A DNA stretch of 64,000 bases, from the NCBI GenBank assembly GCA_963674755.2, contig CAXXVS010000002.1, positions 2,336,001-2,400,000 of the forward strand, read 5' to 3'. The notes under the pieces are model-generated. The model saw only the letters and a program-made list of their open reading frames with translations. It made no database searches and had not been told where the DNA came from. The position numbers were made by a program, and so were the translations under genes. Numbering within the stretch: position 1 is the stretch's first letter; the number at the start of each line of letters is the position of its first letter. This document shows positions 1 through 9,651 of this stretch, in pieces. Source of the stretch: Desulfobacterales bacterium (lineage in GTDB: Bacteria; Desulfobacterota; Desulfobacteria; Desulfobacterales; UBA5852).

Positions 1-196
1 CATTTTGATACCCAGATAAAATGCCACCACAAAGAACGATAAGCCCTGCGATAAATGAACCCCATGCAATCCATTTTGGAGTCTTTTCTGTTTTTGAAAC
101 CCCTGCTATAAAACCAAAAAATGAGGTCAGGATACCGCCTATCGCTACAACAATTATTGTTGGGTCCAAAAGATATTGAAAAAATTCTTTCATCAT
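1..196 (-). CDS. Integron cassette gene, small membrane protein (3' end beyond window)
   Basis: Hand translation MMKEFFQYLLDPTIIVVAIGGILTSFFGFIAG...WIAWGSFIAGLIVLCGGILSGYQN; two hydrophobic segments; starts just after the attC crossover at 229-235. Confidence 0.75.
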   Translation of the reverse strand, partial: MMKEFFQYLLDPTIIVVAIGGILTSFFGFIAGVSKTEKTPKWIAWGSFIAGLIVLCGGILSGYQN

Positions 197-228
197 CAGC
201 CCTATGTTAAGCGCTTCCTAAGAATTAC

Positions 229-286
229 AGCGAACGCCCGGCTTCAGCGCGCGCCGTCAGGCGTCCGCTGAAAGCCGATGTTCGCT
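229..286 (-). mobile_element. attC site (array 1, third cassette)
   Basis: Minus strand AGCGAAC...GTTCGCT with an internal imperfect palindrome (GGCTTTCAGCG/CGCTGAAGCC). Confidence 0.85.
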
Positions 287-654
287 GTTCCTTTTCTTTC
301 ATTCCATGTTTCCGGATAGTAGGACTTCAACAAATTCCAAAACTTTTCACGAACTTCAGATATTCCATCATGGTAATATTCAAAAAAGCCAACTTCATTC
401 CATTCTGGAGGATAGCAGTAGCGTTCACCCTCTTCACCATATTGACATGTCCAAAAATCTGGTTCTTGTGGATCAATGATCCTAAAACAATCAGGGTCAT
501 AAAGAACAGGATCATTGCCATATGGTTTCGATTCCGGATCTGTAAGCACTCTATATTTATCGGCTTCAATGCCGAGCACTTCATAAATTCGGTCTATCGT
601 GAGGGATAAACTATACCCCTCGGAATCTTTGAGCTTTATGGGTGATATTTTCAT
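244..654 (-). CDS. Cassette hypothetical protein, 136 aa; C-terminus runs into its attC
   Basis: ORF track; AT-rich; bounded by GTT at 668-670 and attC 229-286. Confidence 0.8.
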   Translation of the reverse strand: MKISPIKLKDSEGYSLSLTIDRIYEVLGIEADKYRVLTDPESKPYGNDPVLYDPDCFRIIDPQEPDFWTCQYGEEGERYCYPPEWNEVGFFEYYHDGISEVREKFWNLLKSYYPETWNERKGTANIGFQRTPDGAR

Positions 655-663
655 AATTTCAAC

Positions 664-762
664 AGTGAACGTTTCAATATGGGGCAGCCGGAACAGAGCG
701 AAGCGGCGTGTAGGCTGTCCCAGCCCGCGCTTTTTGCGGGCGACATAATTGACTTGTTATGT
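664..762 (-). mobile_element. attC site (array 1, second cassette)
   Basis: Minus strand ACATAAC aagtcaattatg...catattgaaac GTTCACT; the R'' ACATAAC complements the cassette's own start GTTATGT. Confidence 0.85.
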
Positions 763-766
763 TTTA

Positions 767-1138
767 TTACCACTTGATTCCAAGGCTCTTAGAAATATCT
801 TTCGTTGGATCTTTAATGGCTTTAGATAGTTCATGAGAGTCTATGTTTTCGATGACCTTCCTGATTTCGTTGTTCTTACCAGGGCCAGCCACGATATCTT
901 GTTGCGCACTTATATACTTTATCACTAATTCTTTAACAGCAGAGTCCAATTCTTCATTACTGGCTTTTAACTTGCTGTTTTCTGTTTTGATCTGAGCGAG
1001 CAACTCCTTACGTAGAGCTTCTTCTCGACTATCAAGATATTCCATAGCACCAACACCGGTCATGAACCCGGTGAACAAACAGCCAAGGACAATAATTGAA
1101 GGGCTATTTTCGATAATTGATTTTAGGCTCATTGCCAT
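767..1138 (-). CDS. Cassette hypothetical protein (N-terminal TM plus coiled coil)
   Basis: ORF track; hydrophobic IIVLGCLFTGFMTGVGAM followed by a heptad-like charged helix. Confidence 0.8.
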   Translation of the reverse strand: MAMSLKSIIENSPSIIVLGCLFTGFMTGVGAMEYLDSREEALRKELLAQIKTENSKLKASNEELDSAVKELVIKYISAQQDIVAGPGKNNEIRKVIENIDSHELSKAIKDPTKDISKSLGIKW

Positions 1139-1168
1139 TTCCCTTTATAGGTTGTTGGTAGGGCTGAA

Positions 1169-1228
1169 ACATAACGCTGTGCTCACGGGGCGCGGCTTTT
1201 TGCGCTCCCGTGCAGTAAATTGTTGGGT
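1169..1228 (-). mobile_element. attC site (array 1, first cassette)
   Basis: Minus strand ACCCAAC...GTTATGT, 60 bp, internal palindrome CACGGGAGCGC/GCGCCCCGTG. Confidence 0.88.
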
Positions 1229-1237
1229 GCTATAATT

Positions 1238-3003
1238 TCACAGTACAGCTCGTATTTCATCAACCAACATATTGATATCCTGCGGAACTTCGCCGGCATC
1301 CATTTGCTCTAAAATGTTGAATTTGTCGACATGAAAAGCATTCTTGATAGAATGGGTATTTTCATCAATTATATCTTTTCCATTTGCTTGCAAAAGAAGC
1401 TCTGGTTCGCTTTGGTCTATTATACGTGCCGATATATCTAAGGCAAAGTGTTGTGTAATATGATCTATAATATCTTGTGGATTCTTACCTGTTGCCCGCG
1501 CAATTGCATCTGGATGAAGCAGATAACCTTCGATATGGCGTCTTCGCCACTTGCGCGGGAAAAAGCTGTTAACATTATCATCGTTATACTGTTTGTCTTT
1601 TAGTTGAGCATCAACGCTCTCTATAGTTTGAAAATCTCTGTCTACAAGAGAAATCGAAACCAGTGTCGGAAAGAGTTTTCTAAGTTCAAGATGGACGTAT
1701 TTTGCTCTTTGTGTCCGCTAGCCCAAGGCCATACTACGAATGTGTCTGACAGAGGTGTCCCTAATTTATTTGCCGCCTTTTTGAGAATATTTGCATCTGA
1801 TTCATTTTCAACGAATAAAATGCGTTTATGCTTTTCAATATCCGAAAATCGAGGTGTATATTCAGATCCAATGCCGGCAAGAAGGGAAATCTTCTGGTCA
1901 CGAGTATTGAGATAACAAGGTCTGCTTTTGTTGGCATTTAGAATGCGGGAGTGTTCTTCGCATTTAATCAGCTCTGCTGAATGAGTTGAATAAAGCACCT
2001 GCTTGCTAAATTGATCTGCTATTTCTCGGAGTTCTCGAAGCAACTCCTCTTGTAATGCTGGATGTATGTGTGCATCAGGTTCGTCGAGCAAAACCATTGT
2101 GATTTTTGGATCGAGGGTAAGGGCAAGAACAGTCAGCCATTGCAAAAATCCGCTGCCCTCCACCATTAAATCTCTGGGTGTATAGTTATTTAATCGTTGA
2201 AAGCGTCCTGAACGCACCTCACCCCTGAAAGCCTCCACTGTAATATGTGTATGATATATATCGCTGAACTCCTTAACTCGAAGGTTGTAGGAAAAGACAG
2301 TATTTAACAGTTTCGTAAGACGTTCATATGGATCATTTTTTCGTAATCTTTTGAGAAAAGAACTTCTAAGTCTTCTGACTCCTGTTGTTCGACGTTCATC
2401 ATCTCGTTTTTTTTCATTTGTGATATAATGATCTAATATGACGTTTCTCAATACAGCCCCAGGCAATCCTTCACCGATGAACCTTCTAATCATAGCTGGT
2501 GTATATCGAGGTTCTTTGGCTGAAATACCAGCAAATGGCGGTATATATGCAATACGTGGAACTCGATCTTGTGTAGTAACATTAGAACTCAGAGTACGAA
2601 TAAATAGCCTATCGTTCACTAATGAAAGACCAATGCGAATATGTTTTTCTAATGAATCGTCGTCCATCCAATCAACTTGAATCCAAAGTGTATAGCCATC
2701 AGCCTCGTCAATTTTCTGCGTTTTCAAATTAGTCCAAAGGTGTTTCAAGGAAGGAACCGTTACGGGGGAAAATTCATCATCTCCAATACCAACTCCTTGG
2801 TTGCTGCTTTCAGCGCAAATGCTGGGTTTTCCGCGTTCTGTTTCGAGCACAGTGCGACAGAATTCCCATATAGCTAAACCTTGCAATATAGATGTTTTCC
2901 CCGCACTGTTCCCTCCCGCCATCAGCGAAACACCATCATGCAATAGGATTTCAATATCCCGGTATTTTTTAAAACGATGATATGTTACCTTCGTAATTCT
3001 CAT
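1238..3003 (-). pseudogene. ABC/AAA ATPase-TOPRIM (OLD-like ATP-dependent nuclease), frameshifted near 1700
   Basis: Walker A GGNSAGKT, EGSG signature, Walker B LLDEPDAH, H-loop STHS, TOPRIM-like FVENESD; the -1 frame continues KYVHLELRKLFP...LVDRD...RRRHIEGYLL to TGA at 1238-1240 beside the attC. Confidence 0.75.
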
Positions 3004-3015
3004 TAATATTCCTTA

Positions 3016-3044
3016 GCCCAACTATTTTATTATCCTGCTGCAGG
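3016..3044 (-). mobile_element. attI site of integron (crossover G|TTGGGC)
   Basis: Minus strand GCAGGATAATAAAATAGTTGGGC just upstream of the first cassette gene; GTTGGGC matches the R'' ACCCAAC of the first attC. Confidence 0.7.
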
Positions 3045-3201
3045 TTTTAGACAGATAATTGTCTCGAAAGACACTTGATACAGAAAATCAATTTAGCGCC
3101 GCAATTCGATAATTACTCATTATATTTACTGCTTACATATACATAACAAATTTTGTAGCATCTTCAAAGTACCATGGCTGCAGTTTTTGGTGCTATATAT
3201 C

Positions 3202-3226
3202 TTATTATCCTGCTGCAGGATAATAA
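3202..3226. repeat. 25-bp palindrome TTATTATCCTGC-T-GCAGGATAATAA; 18 bp of it repeated directly at 3027-3044
   Basis: Read directly from sequence. Confidence 0.9.
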
Positions 3227-3252
3227 CGTTTATGAATTATCCTGAGACAGTT

Positions 3253-4482
3253 TTAATCCAAAGGGCTAACCACACCCTGCCTGTTTTTGCTGATGATATG
3301 GGTGTAGATCATGGTCGTTCGCAAGTCTGTATGGCCCAACAAATCTTGGATCGTTCTGATGTCATAGCCTCTTTCCAATAGATGGGTCGCAAAACTGTGG
3401 CGCAACGTATGAACTGTGACATGTTTGGCGATACCTGCCTTTTGTGCTGCGGATTTAATAGCTCGGCGCAAATTGTCAGGATATATATGATGCCGCCGCA
3501 AAATACGCGATCTTGGATCGATGGACTCTTTGTAGGAAGGGAAAACCCAATACCAGCCCCATTCTTTGCCGGCGTTAGGATATTTTTTCTCAAGCGCCCC
3601 CGGTGTCATGATGCCGTTTGCGTCCCTTTCGCGATCCTGCTCGTAAAGTATGCGAACACAACATAGATGGTCCTTCATATCTTTTTTGATACTCGAAGGA
3701 AGTACGGTTTCTCTGTCCTTGTCGCCTTTTCCGGCACGCACCGTAACGGCCTCGCGTTCGAAGTCGATGTCTTTGATTCTTAAACTTACGCATTCAGCCA
3801 ACCGCAGGCCGCAACCATAAATGATGCGGGCCATAAGCAGATTGGTTCCCTGCATCGCCTGAAAAAGTTGGTCGATTTCCGAATGCGTAAGGACCACCGG
3901 TAAGCGCTCTTTTCTTTTTGCCCTTATTGTATCGGCTATATCTTCCAGATTCTTGTCGAGAATGTGTCGAAAAAGAAACAGCAACGCGTTGAAAGCTTGA
4001 TTCTGGGTGGATGCAGCAATTTTTTCTTCAACTGCCAAATACGTCATGAAATCCTTTACCGCGGAACTATCTATACTAAATGGCGATTTGCCACATAGAA
4101 ATCGGTAAAAGCGTCGAACCCAACCAATGTAAGCTTTTTCCGTACGATAGGACCGGTGCATTAGACGCAGCATTCTGCGCATGTCGTTGACCACTGATCG
4201 CCATTGGTCGTTTCTTGCGGATCTCAGTCTCGTTGAACGAGTCGCGTTTCGCCTCTCATGGAATTGATAAAGTGAAATCGCTTTGGCCGCCTGATCGACC
4301 TGCCACGATTCCCGGCTTTTGGACAGATGTTTCAAATAGGTTTCGATCTCCTGCTTGGAGACGGCATCTTTGGGCTGTTTACGATGAAAGCGGTAAAATT
4401 GTGTCACCCAGTGAATGTAAAAATCCACCGCCTTGGGGTTGGCAATGCGCATGGAAAGTAGGTAGGCTTTGAAATCCTGCAT
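3253..4482 (-). CDS. intI: Integron integrase (tyrosine recombinase), long form with extra N-terminal SAM-like domain
   Basis: YGCGLRLAEC, GKGDKDR, integron-specific insert (ALEKKYPNAGKEWGWYWVFPS...RRHH), HTLRHSFATHLL, LLGH, TMIYTH, SPLD; start chosen at MQDFKAY. Confidence 0.95.
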   Translation of the reverse strand: MQDFKAYLLSMRIANPKAVDFYIHWVTQFYRFHRKQPKDAVSKQEIETYLKHLSKSRESWQVDQAAKAISLYQFHERRNATRSTRLRSARNDQWRSVVNDMRRMLRLMHRSYRTEKAYIGWVRRFYRFLCGKSPFSIDSSAVKDFMTYLAVEEKIAASTQNQAFNALLFLFRHILDKNLEDIADTIRAKRKERLPVVLTHSEIDQLFQAMQGTNLLMARIIYGCGLRLAECVSLRIKDIDFEREAVTVRAGKGDKDRETVLPSSIKKDMKDHLCCVRILYEQDRERDANGIMTPGALEKKYPNAGKEWGWYWVFPSYKESIDPRSRILRRHHIYPDNLRRAIKSAAQKAGIAKHVTVHTLRHSFATHLLERGYDIRTIQDLLGHTDLRTTMIYTHIISKNRQGVVSPLD

Positions 4483-4835
4483 GGTGTTGAAGATCAGCAA
4501 AAGCCATACCAAAAGTACATACTGTAATTTAGCCGGGTTAGGACATTGTGAACCCGTCATAAGCACTTTTACCTGTGCGACATGCCTTATTTACTGTGCA
4601 ACTTCGTAATGAGTATCTGGGACGCGATAGTGTGCTATGGCGACCTGTTAGGGTCGCCCATATTGACGCCGCTTTGCGCGGAATTCAGGCGGGAGCCGGC
4701 AAGAGGATTATGCACAAAATAGATACCAGAATTTTAATATGATGACAAGAACTTGGCCGACGGCCCCCTAAAACACAGGGACAGCGGACGATGAAAAGTT
4801 TAATGTGACCGTTGGGCCTTTACCCCCCCCTCGAT

Positions 4836-5693
4836 TCAGGACATCTCCGCCTTCCGGGACGCCCGGCGGCCGATGATAAACGCCACCAGGCCGACCACCA
4901 CCATCGAAAAGCACAGCACCTGCCCCATGGTGAAGGGTCCCAGAACGAACATCAGCTGGGGGTCCGGCTGGCGGAAGAACTCCAAAAAGAAGCGCATGAT
5001 GCCGTAGCCCATCAGGTAGAGCCCCAGCATGCCGCCCCGCAGGCGGGGGTTGTTGCGCACTGTCCAGAGAATCAAGAAGAGCACGATGCCCTCGAAGAAA
5101 GCCTCGTAGAGCTGGGAGGGATGGCGCAGCTGATGGGTCGGGTCCAGCGGGAAGTACATGCCCCAGGGCACGTCCGTGACCCGGCCGTAGAGCTCCCCGT
5201 TGATGAAGTTGCCCAGCCGCCCGAAGGTGTAGCCCAGGGGCGCGGCGGGCGCCACGAAGTCCACCATGGTGACGAAGGGCTGCTTGTGGCGGCGGCTGAA
5301 AAGATAGCCGGCCGTCACGATGCCGATCACCCCGCCATGATAGGACATGCCGGAGATCCCGGTGAAATGGAAACCGTTGCTGACATCGAAGGGCAGAATG
5401 ATTTTGAGGGGGTGGGCGGCAAAATAGGACCAGTCGTAAAAAATGACGTATCCCAGCCGTCCCCCGATGATCGTCCCGGCGATGAACCAGACCATGAGGT
5501 CCTGGATGCGCTCCGGGGTGTACCAGGTAAACCCATCCTTGTGGCAGCGGTACACCAGCAGGAAATACGTGCAGGTGAAGGCCACGATGTACATCAAGCC
5601 GTAGTAGCGCAGCTGGAAGGACCCGATCTGGAAAAGGGTGGGGTCGATATGGCTGGGCAAGTGCTGCCACCAGTTCCAAAAAGCGTGCGTCAT
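4836..5693 (-). CDS. lgt: Prolipoprotein diacylglyceryl transferase
   Basis: LRYYGLMY, GGRLGYV, GMSYHGG, GRLGNFINGELYGR, HPSQLYE. Confidence 0.96.
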   Translation of the reverse strand: MTHAFWNWWQHLPSHIDPTLFQIGSFQLRYYGLMYIVAFTCTYFLLVYRCHKDGFTWYTPERIQDLMVWFIAGTIIGGRLGYVIFYDWSYFAAHPLKIILPFDVSNGFHFTGISGMSYHGGVIGIVTAGYLFSRRHKQPFVTMVDFVAPAAPLGYTFGRLGNFINGELYGRVTDVPWGMYFPLDPTHQLRHPSQLYEAFFEGIVLFLILWTVRNNPRLRGGMLGLYLMGYGIMRFFLEFFRQPDPQLMFVLGPFTMGQVLCFSMVVVGLVAFIIGRRASRKAEMS

Positions 5694-5741
5694 TTGTCTG
5701 TCCCGTTAAAAAGGTCCGGCCCCGTGATGGTCCGGCATTTT

Positions 5742-6749
5742 CTATTGTCCGAAAGCAAATCCCGGCATCAGGGCGCCGGCCACATTCACCTTCTTGATGA
5801 TCTGCTTCTGGTTGTACATGATCTCTTCGGTCTGCATCCAGGCGTCGGTGTCGATGATGCCGATGGGTTCGCCGGATTGCGGTTGGACCAGGTCGCGGGT
5901 GACATCCAGCTGGGCTTGCAGCTCGTCGCGCGGGGTGTCCTTGTCGTAGTCCTGGAGCATCGTGAGCACCATGTCGCTTTGGTTCGGATCGAGGGCCGCG
6001 GTCCAGCCCTTGAGCAGGGCCTGGATAAAGCGGCGCACCGTATCCGGCCGCTCCTGCGCCATCTGGCGGGAGGTGACCACGGAATTGGCCACAAACTTGA
6101 CGCCGAAGTCGGAAGGAATGAAAAACTGCACCGGATCCCCGTTGGCCGCCATTTTACGGCCGATGACAATGCCCTGGGTGTTGCGATAGACCGGCCAGAG
6201 ATCCACCTTGCCCTGATAAAAGGGCGTGTAGTCGTAACGCACGCTGAAGAGTTTCACATCCCGGTCCGTCAGGCCGCCCTTGGCCAGCAGGGTGCGCATG
6301 ATGGTTTCATCGTTGCCGCCGTATGTGATGCCGATGGTCCGTCCCCGCAAATCGGCCAGCTGTACAATCGGCGGATCGGACTGGCGGTAGATCCACTGCA
6401 GGGGATTTTCCTGGAAAAGCTGCGCGATGACCACCACGGGCGATCCCTTGCCCATGGCCCGGATCACCTGGTCGGCGGACGCCACGCCGAACTGGGCCTG
6501 TCCCAGCTCGAGCTCTTTGATGGCATCCCGCTCCGGTCCGCCGGCTTTGACGGTCACGTCCAGGCCGGCGTCGGCGAAATCGCCGTGCGCCACGGCATAC
6601 AAATCACCGACCGCGCTGGTATTGAAAAGCCATTTCAAACGGTAGGTCAGTTGTTCGGCCCCCCGGGCTGCGGGCGACGCCAACACCACCACGGCCATCA
6701 GGATGAGGGCGGCCGCCCACCCCTTCATCAGGCATCGATACGGTTGCAT
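5742..6749 (-). CDS. ABC substrate-binding protein, NMT1/THI5-SsuA family
   Basis: Signal peptide, RLKWLFN, GLDV, DLRGRTIG; cotranscribed with permease and ATPase. Confidence 0.85.
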   Translation of the reverse strand: MQPYRCLMKGWAAALILMAVVVLASPAARGAEQLTYRLKWLFNTSAVGDLYAVAHGDFADAGLDVTVKAGGPERDAIKELELGQAQFGVASADQVIRAMGKGSPVVVIAQLFQENPLQWIYRQSDPPIVQLADLRGRTIGITYGGNDETIMRTLLAKGGLTDRDVKLFSVRYDYTPFYQGKVDLWPVYRNTQGIVIGRKMAANGDPVQFFIPSDFGVKFVANSVVTSRQMAQERPDTVRRFIQALLKGWTAALDPNQSDMVLTMLQDYDKDTPRDELQAQLDVTRDLVQPQSGEPIGIIDTDAWMQTEEIMYNQKQIIKKVNVAGALMPGFAFGQ

Positions 6750-6809
6750 ATCAACCTCCTTTGTTGCCCCCGGCCGACGCTGCGGCTGCCATGGGAGGCG
6801 CTTCCGGGA

Positions 6810-7559
6810 TTATTGGCTTTCCCATGCCTTGCGAATGGCCGCCCCCAGCCATTCGAGCAGGCCCTGATAGACCGAAAGGGATATGCCGATTAGAAAGAGG
6901 GCCACCAGAATCTTGCCCAGGTCACTCTGGTACAGGGCGATCCGGATGCTGTAGCCGATACCGGCATTGGCCGCGATAAACTCCGCCACGATCGTTCCGG
7001 CCATGGCCAGCGTGGCGCTGCCGGCCACCACCGTGGTCAGCTTCCCGATGTTTTCAAAAGCCCGGATCTTCACTTCCAGCTGCCAGCGCATACGTCCCGT
7101 GACGCGATAGAAATGCTCGATGTCCTGCACCGGCTCGGACATGATCCCCAGGACCGACAGCAGCAGGGGAAAGTAGCAAATCATGGCGGCGATCAGCAAG
7201 CGGGAGATGAAACCGTCCCCCAACAGGATAAAAATGATGGGCGCCAGGGCCACAATCGGATAGGCCTGCACATTGTAGGCCGCCACCTTGACGAAAGATC
7301 CCAGCCAGGTGGTCTGGCGGCCGACAATGCCGATAAAACCCGCCAGACAGATGGAGAGCACCTGGCCGACAATGGCCACCGACATGGTGTTCATGACATC
7401 GGAAAAATAGCGGCGGTATTCCTCCTGGGCGGTCGTCCAGATTTCGGCCGGTCCGGGAATGACGTAGTTGGAAAGATTCAGCGCATACTTGATACCCAGC
7501 AGCAGGGCCAGTCCCAGAGCGTAGATGATGAAAAACTGGTAGATCCGTCTAGGCAGCAT
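6810..7559 (-). CDS. ABC permease (SsuC/ThiX-like)
   Basis: Multiple TMs, YPIVALAP, IVAEFIAANAGIGY. Confidence 0.85.
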   Translation of the reverse strand: MLPRRIYQFFIIYALGLALLLGIKYALNLSNYVIPGPAEIWTTAQEEYRRYFSDVMNTMSVAIVGQVLSICLAGFIGIVGRQTTWLGSFVKVAAYNVQAYPIVALAPIIFILLGDGFISRLLIAAMICYFPLLLSVLGIMSEPVQDIEHFYRVTGRMRWQLEVKIRAFENIGKLTTVVAGSATLAMAGTIVAEFIAANAGIGYSIRIALYQSDLGKILVALFLIGISLSVYQGLLEWLGAAIRKAWESQ

Positions 7560-8241
7560 TCATGATCTCCAGCATGGTGGTTTCCATGTCCTGTTTTTCC
7601 AGGGACTGCCCGGTCTGCTGGTCCTGCCCCTGCACCACCGTCGCCGGCTGCCGGCGGCCGGTTCCCGCCAGCACCAGGATGTCCCGGCAGAATTTGGATA
7701 CTTCCACGATATTGTGGGAAATGTAGATGAAGAATTTGTCCGGGAAGAGGGCCTTGATGTTGAGGATGATCTTCTCCCGGGTCAGCTCGTCCACATTGGC
7801 CAGGCTCTCGTCCATGATCAGCATCTGGAAATCCTGCAGCAGATAGCGAATCAGGTTGATGCGGTTCTTCTGCCCCAGGGAGAGCTGGGAAAAACGCGAT
7901 CCCAGGAAGGGCGTCATCCCGAACAACGCCACCAGCTCTTCCTTTGTGACCCGCGCTGACGGCATCGCAATGCGATCGAGATGCTTACCCACCGCCGCCC
8001 ACCCCGGCAGGCGCTCCAGATTGTAGGAATACAGGATGCGCGCGATCCCCGGCGTACGGAGCCGCCCGTCAAACGCGGTCAGATCGCCGGTCAGCATACG
8101 GGCGATGGATGTCTTGCCCACGCCCGAAGGACCGAAAAGGGCGTTGAACCCGGGGCCTTCCATCCGAAAAGAGAGGTCTTCGAAAACCGGCATCTCGGCG
8201 CCGGGATAGCGAAACGTCATGTTGTGGCATTCGACCTGCAT
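7549..8241 (-). CDS. ABC ATP-binding protein
   Basis: GPSGVGKT, LSLGQKNR, LIMDE, ISH. Confidence 0.88.
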   Translation of the reverse strand: MQVECHNMTFRYPGAEMPVFEDLSFRMEGPGFNALFGPSGVGKTSIARMLTGDLTAFDGRLRTPGIARILYSYNLERLPGWAAVGKHLDRIAMPSARVTKEELVALFGMTPFLGSRFSQLSLGQKNRINLIRYLLQDFQMLIMDESLANVDELTREKIILNIKALFPDKFFIYISHNIVEVSKFCRDILVLAGTGRRQPATVVQGQDQQTGQSLEKQDMETTMLEIMNAA

Positions 8242-8402
8242 GGCAAAACCCGGTTATCCGTCCAAAGTTCTCCGGAAGCGCCTCCACCCAGGCAGGTGCG
8301 CCTTTGCGGTGAGCGCTTCCTTTACGCCCGAGGGGCCAAACCGGTTGAAACAGCACCCTAACGCCAATTTTCCCGGTTTGCAACCGCCTGCCGGTGCCGC
8401 GT

Positions 8403-9365
8403 CTATCCGGCCTCTTCCTCCCCTTCGGCCAGGATGCGGGTCATGGTGGGGCCGTCGATATTGCCGCCGCTCAGGATGACCCCCACCCGTCCGGCCGGCG
8501 TCACCGCCCCGCTCAAGAGGGCGGCTGCCCCCAGCACGCCCGAGGGTTCCACGACAATCTTCATGCGGTAGAAGAAAAACCGCACCGCCGCCATGATGGC
8601 GCTCTCGGTGACGGTTTGCATGTCGCTGACGAATTCGCGGATCAGGGGAAAGGTGTGCTGACCGAGGGAGGGCGTGCGCGTGCCGTCCGCGATGGTCGGG
8701 GGGTTGTCCACCCGGTGCAGCACGCCGGTCCGAAAGGAGCGGGTGGCGTCATCGGCCAGCTCCGGTTCGATGCCGATCACACGGCAGCCCGGCATCACGC
8801 CGCAGGCGGCCACGGCCGACCCGCTGAGCAGTCCGCCGCCGCCGCAGGGGACCAGCAGCATATCCAGCGGCCCCGCCTGATCGTACAGCTCCAGGGTCGC
8901 CGTGCCCTGGCCGGCGATAATGTCCGGGTGATCGTAGGGCGGCACCAGAACCCCGCCCCGCTCTTCCTGGAGCGATCGCGCCAGGTCGTCCCGGGAGGCG
9001 TGGCGTGGATCGTAGAGTACGACTTCGGCGCCGTATCCTTGGGTGGCGGCACGCTTCGTGGCCGGCGCATCCTCCGGCATGACCACCGTCACGGGCACCT
9101 TCAGGAGGCGTCCCACCAAGGCCACGGCCTGGGCGTGGTTGCCGGAGGAAAAGGTGATCACCCCTTTGCGGCGCACGTCTTCCGGCAGGCCGGCAATGGC
9201 ATTGTAGGCCCCCCGGAACTTGAAAGCCCCAATGCGCTGCAGGTTTTCACACTTGAAGAACACCTCCGCCCCCACCCGCGCATTGAAAGTGGAGGACGTC
9301 ATCACCGGTGTGACGTGGGCCTGTCCTGCCAGGCGGCGGCGCGCCGCCATAACGTTTTCTAGCAT
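8403..9365 (-). CDS. PLP-dependent Ser/Thr dehydratase family (threo-3-hydroxy-L-aspartate ammonia-lyase-like)
   Basis: KCENLQRIGAFKFRGA, SSGNHAQ, PCGGGGL, SGGN. Confidence 0.9.
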   Translation of the reverse strand: MLENVMAARRRLAGQAHVTPVMTSSTFNARVGAEVFFKCENLQRIGAFKFRGAYNAIAGLPEDVRRKGVITFSSGNHAQAVALVGRLLKVPVTVVMPEDAPATKRAATQGYGAEVVLYDPRHASRDDLARSLQEERGGVLVPPYDHPDIIAGQGTATLELYDQAGPLDMLLVPCGGGGLLSGSAVAACGVMPGCRVIGIEPELADDATRSFRTGVLHRVDNPPTIADGTRTPSLGQHTFPLIREFVSDMQTVTESAIMAAVRFFFYRMKIVVEPSGVLGAAALLSGAVTPAGRVGVILSGGNIDGPTMTRILAEGEEEAG

Positions 9366-9651
9366 GGTTTTTTCCTATCCTCTGTTTTTGGTGTTCTTCG
9401 GCATGCCCATCGAAAAAAATGCTCGATGGTTCCCGGCTGTCTTTGCCCCGGGATCGCGATCGTTATCTGCTTCTTTGCTTTATCGATTTCGATTTCGCCC
9501 GGCCAGCAATCAAAAAACGCGGTTTGCTCGCTGGCTGTCACGTCCTGTCTGCACCTCTTTGGAATTCTTGGAAAGGCCCCCTCCCCCGGCCAGCAGCCTT
9601 TCTTTTAAAACGGAATATCCGTGGCCGACAGCCGGCCGGCCGCGTCCCCCT

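Noticed and set aside
4535..4555. LexA box upstream of intI (GGGTT-N11-AACCC)
   Set aside because: Short inverted repeat whose spacing does not fit a LexA consensus I can confirm
8242..8400. TPP riboswitch upstream of the NMT1-type ABC operon
   Set aside because: No CTGAGA or other TPP core elements on the coding strand
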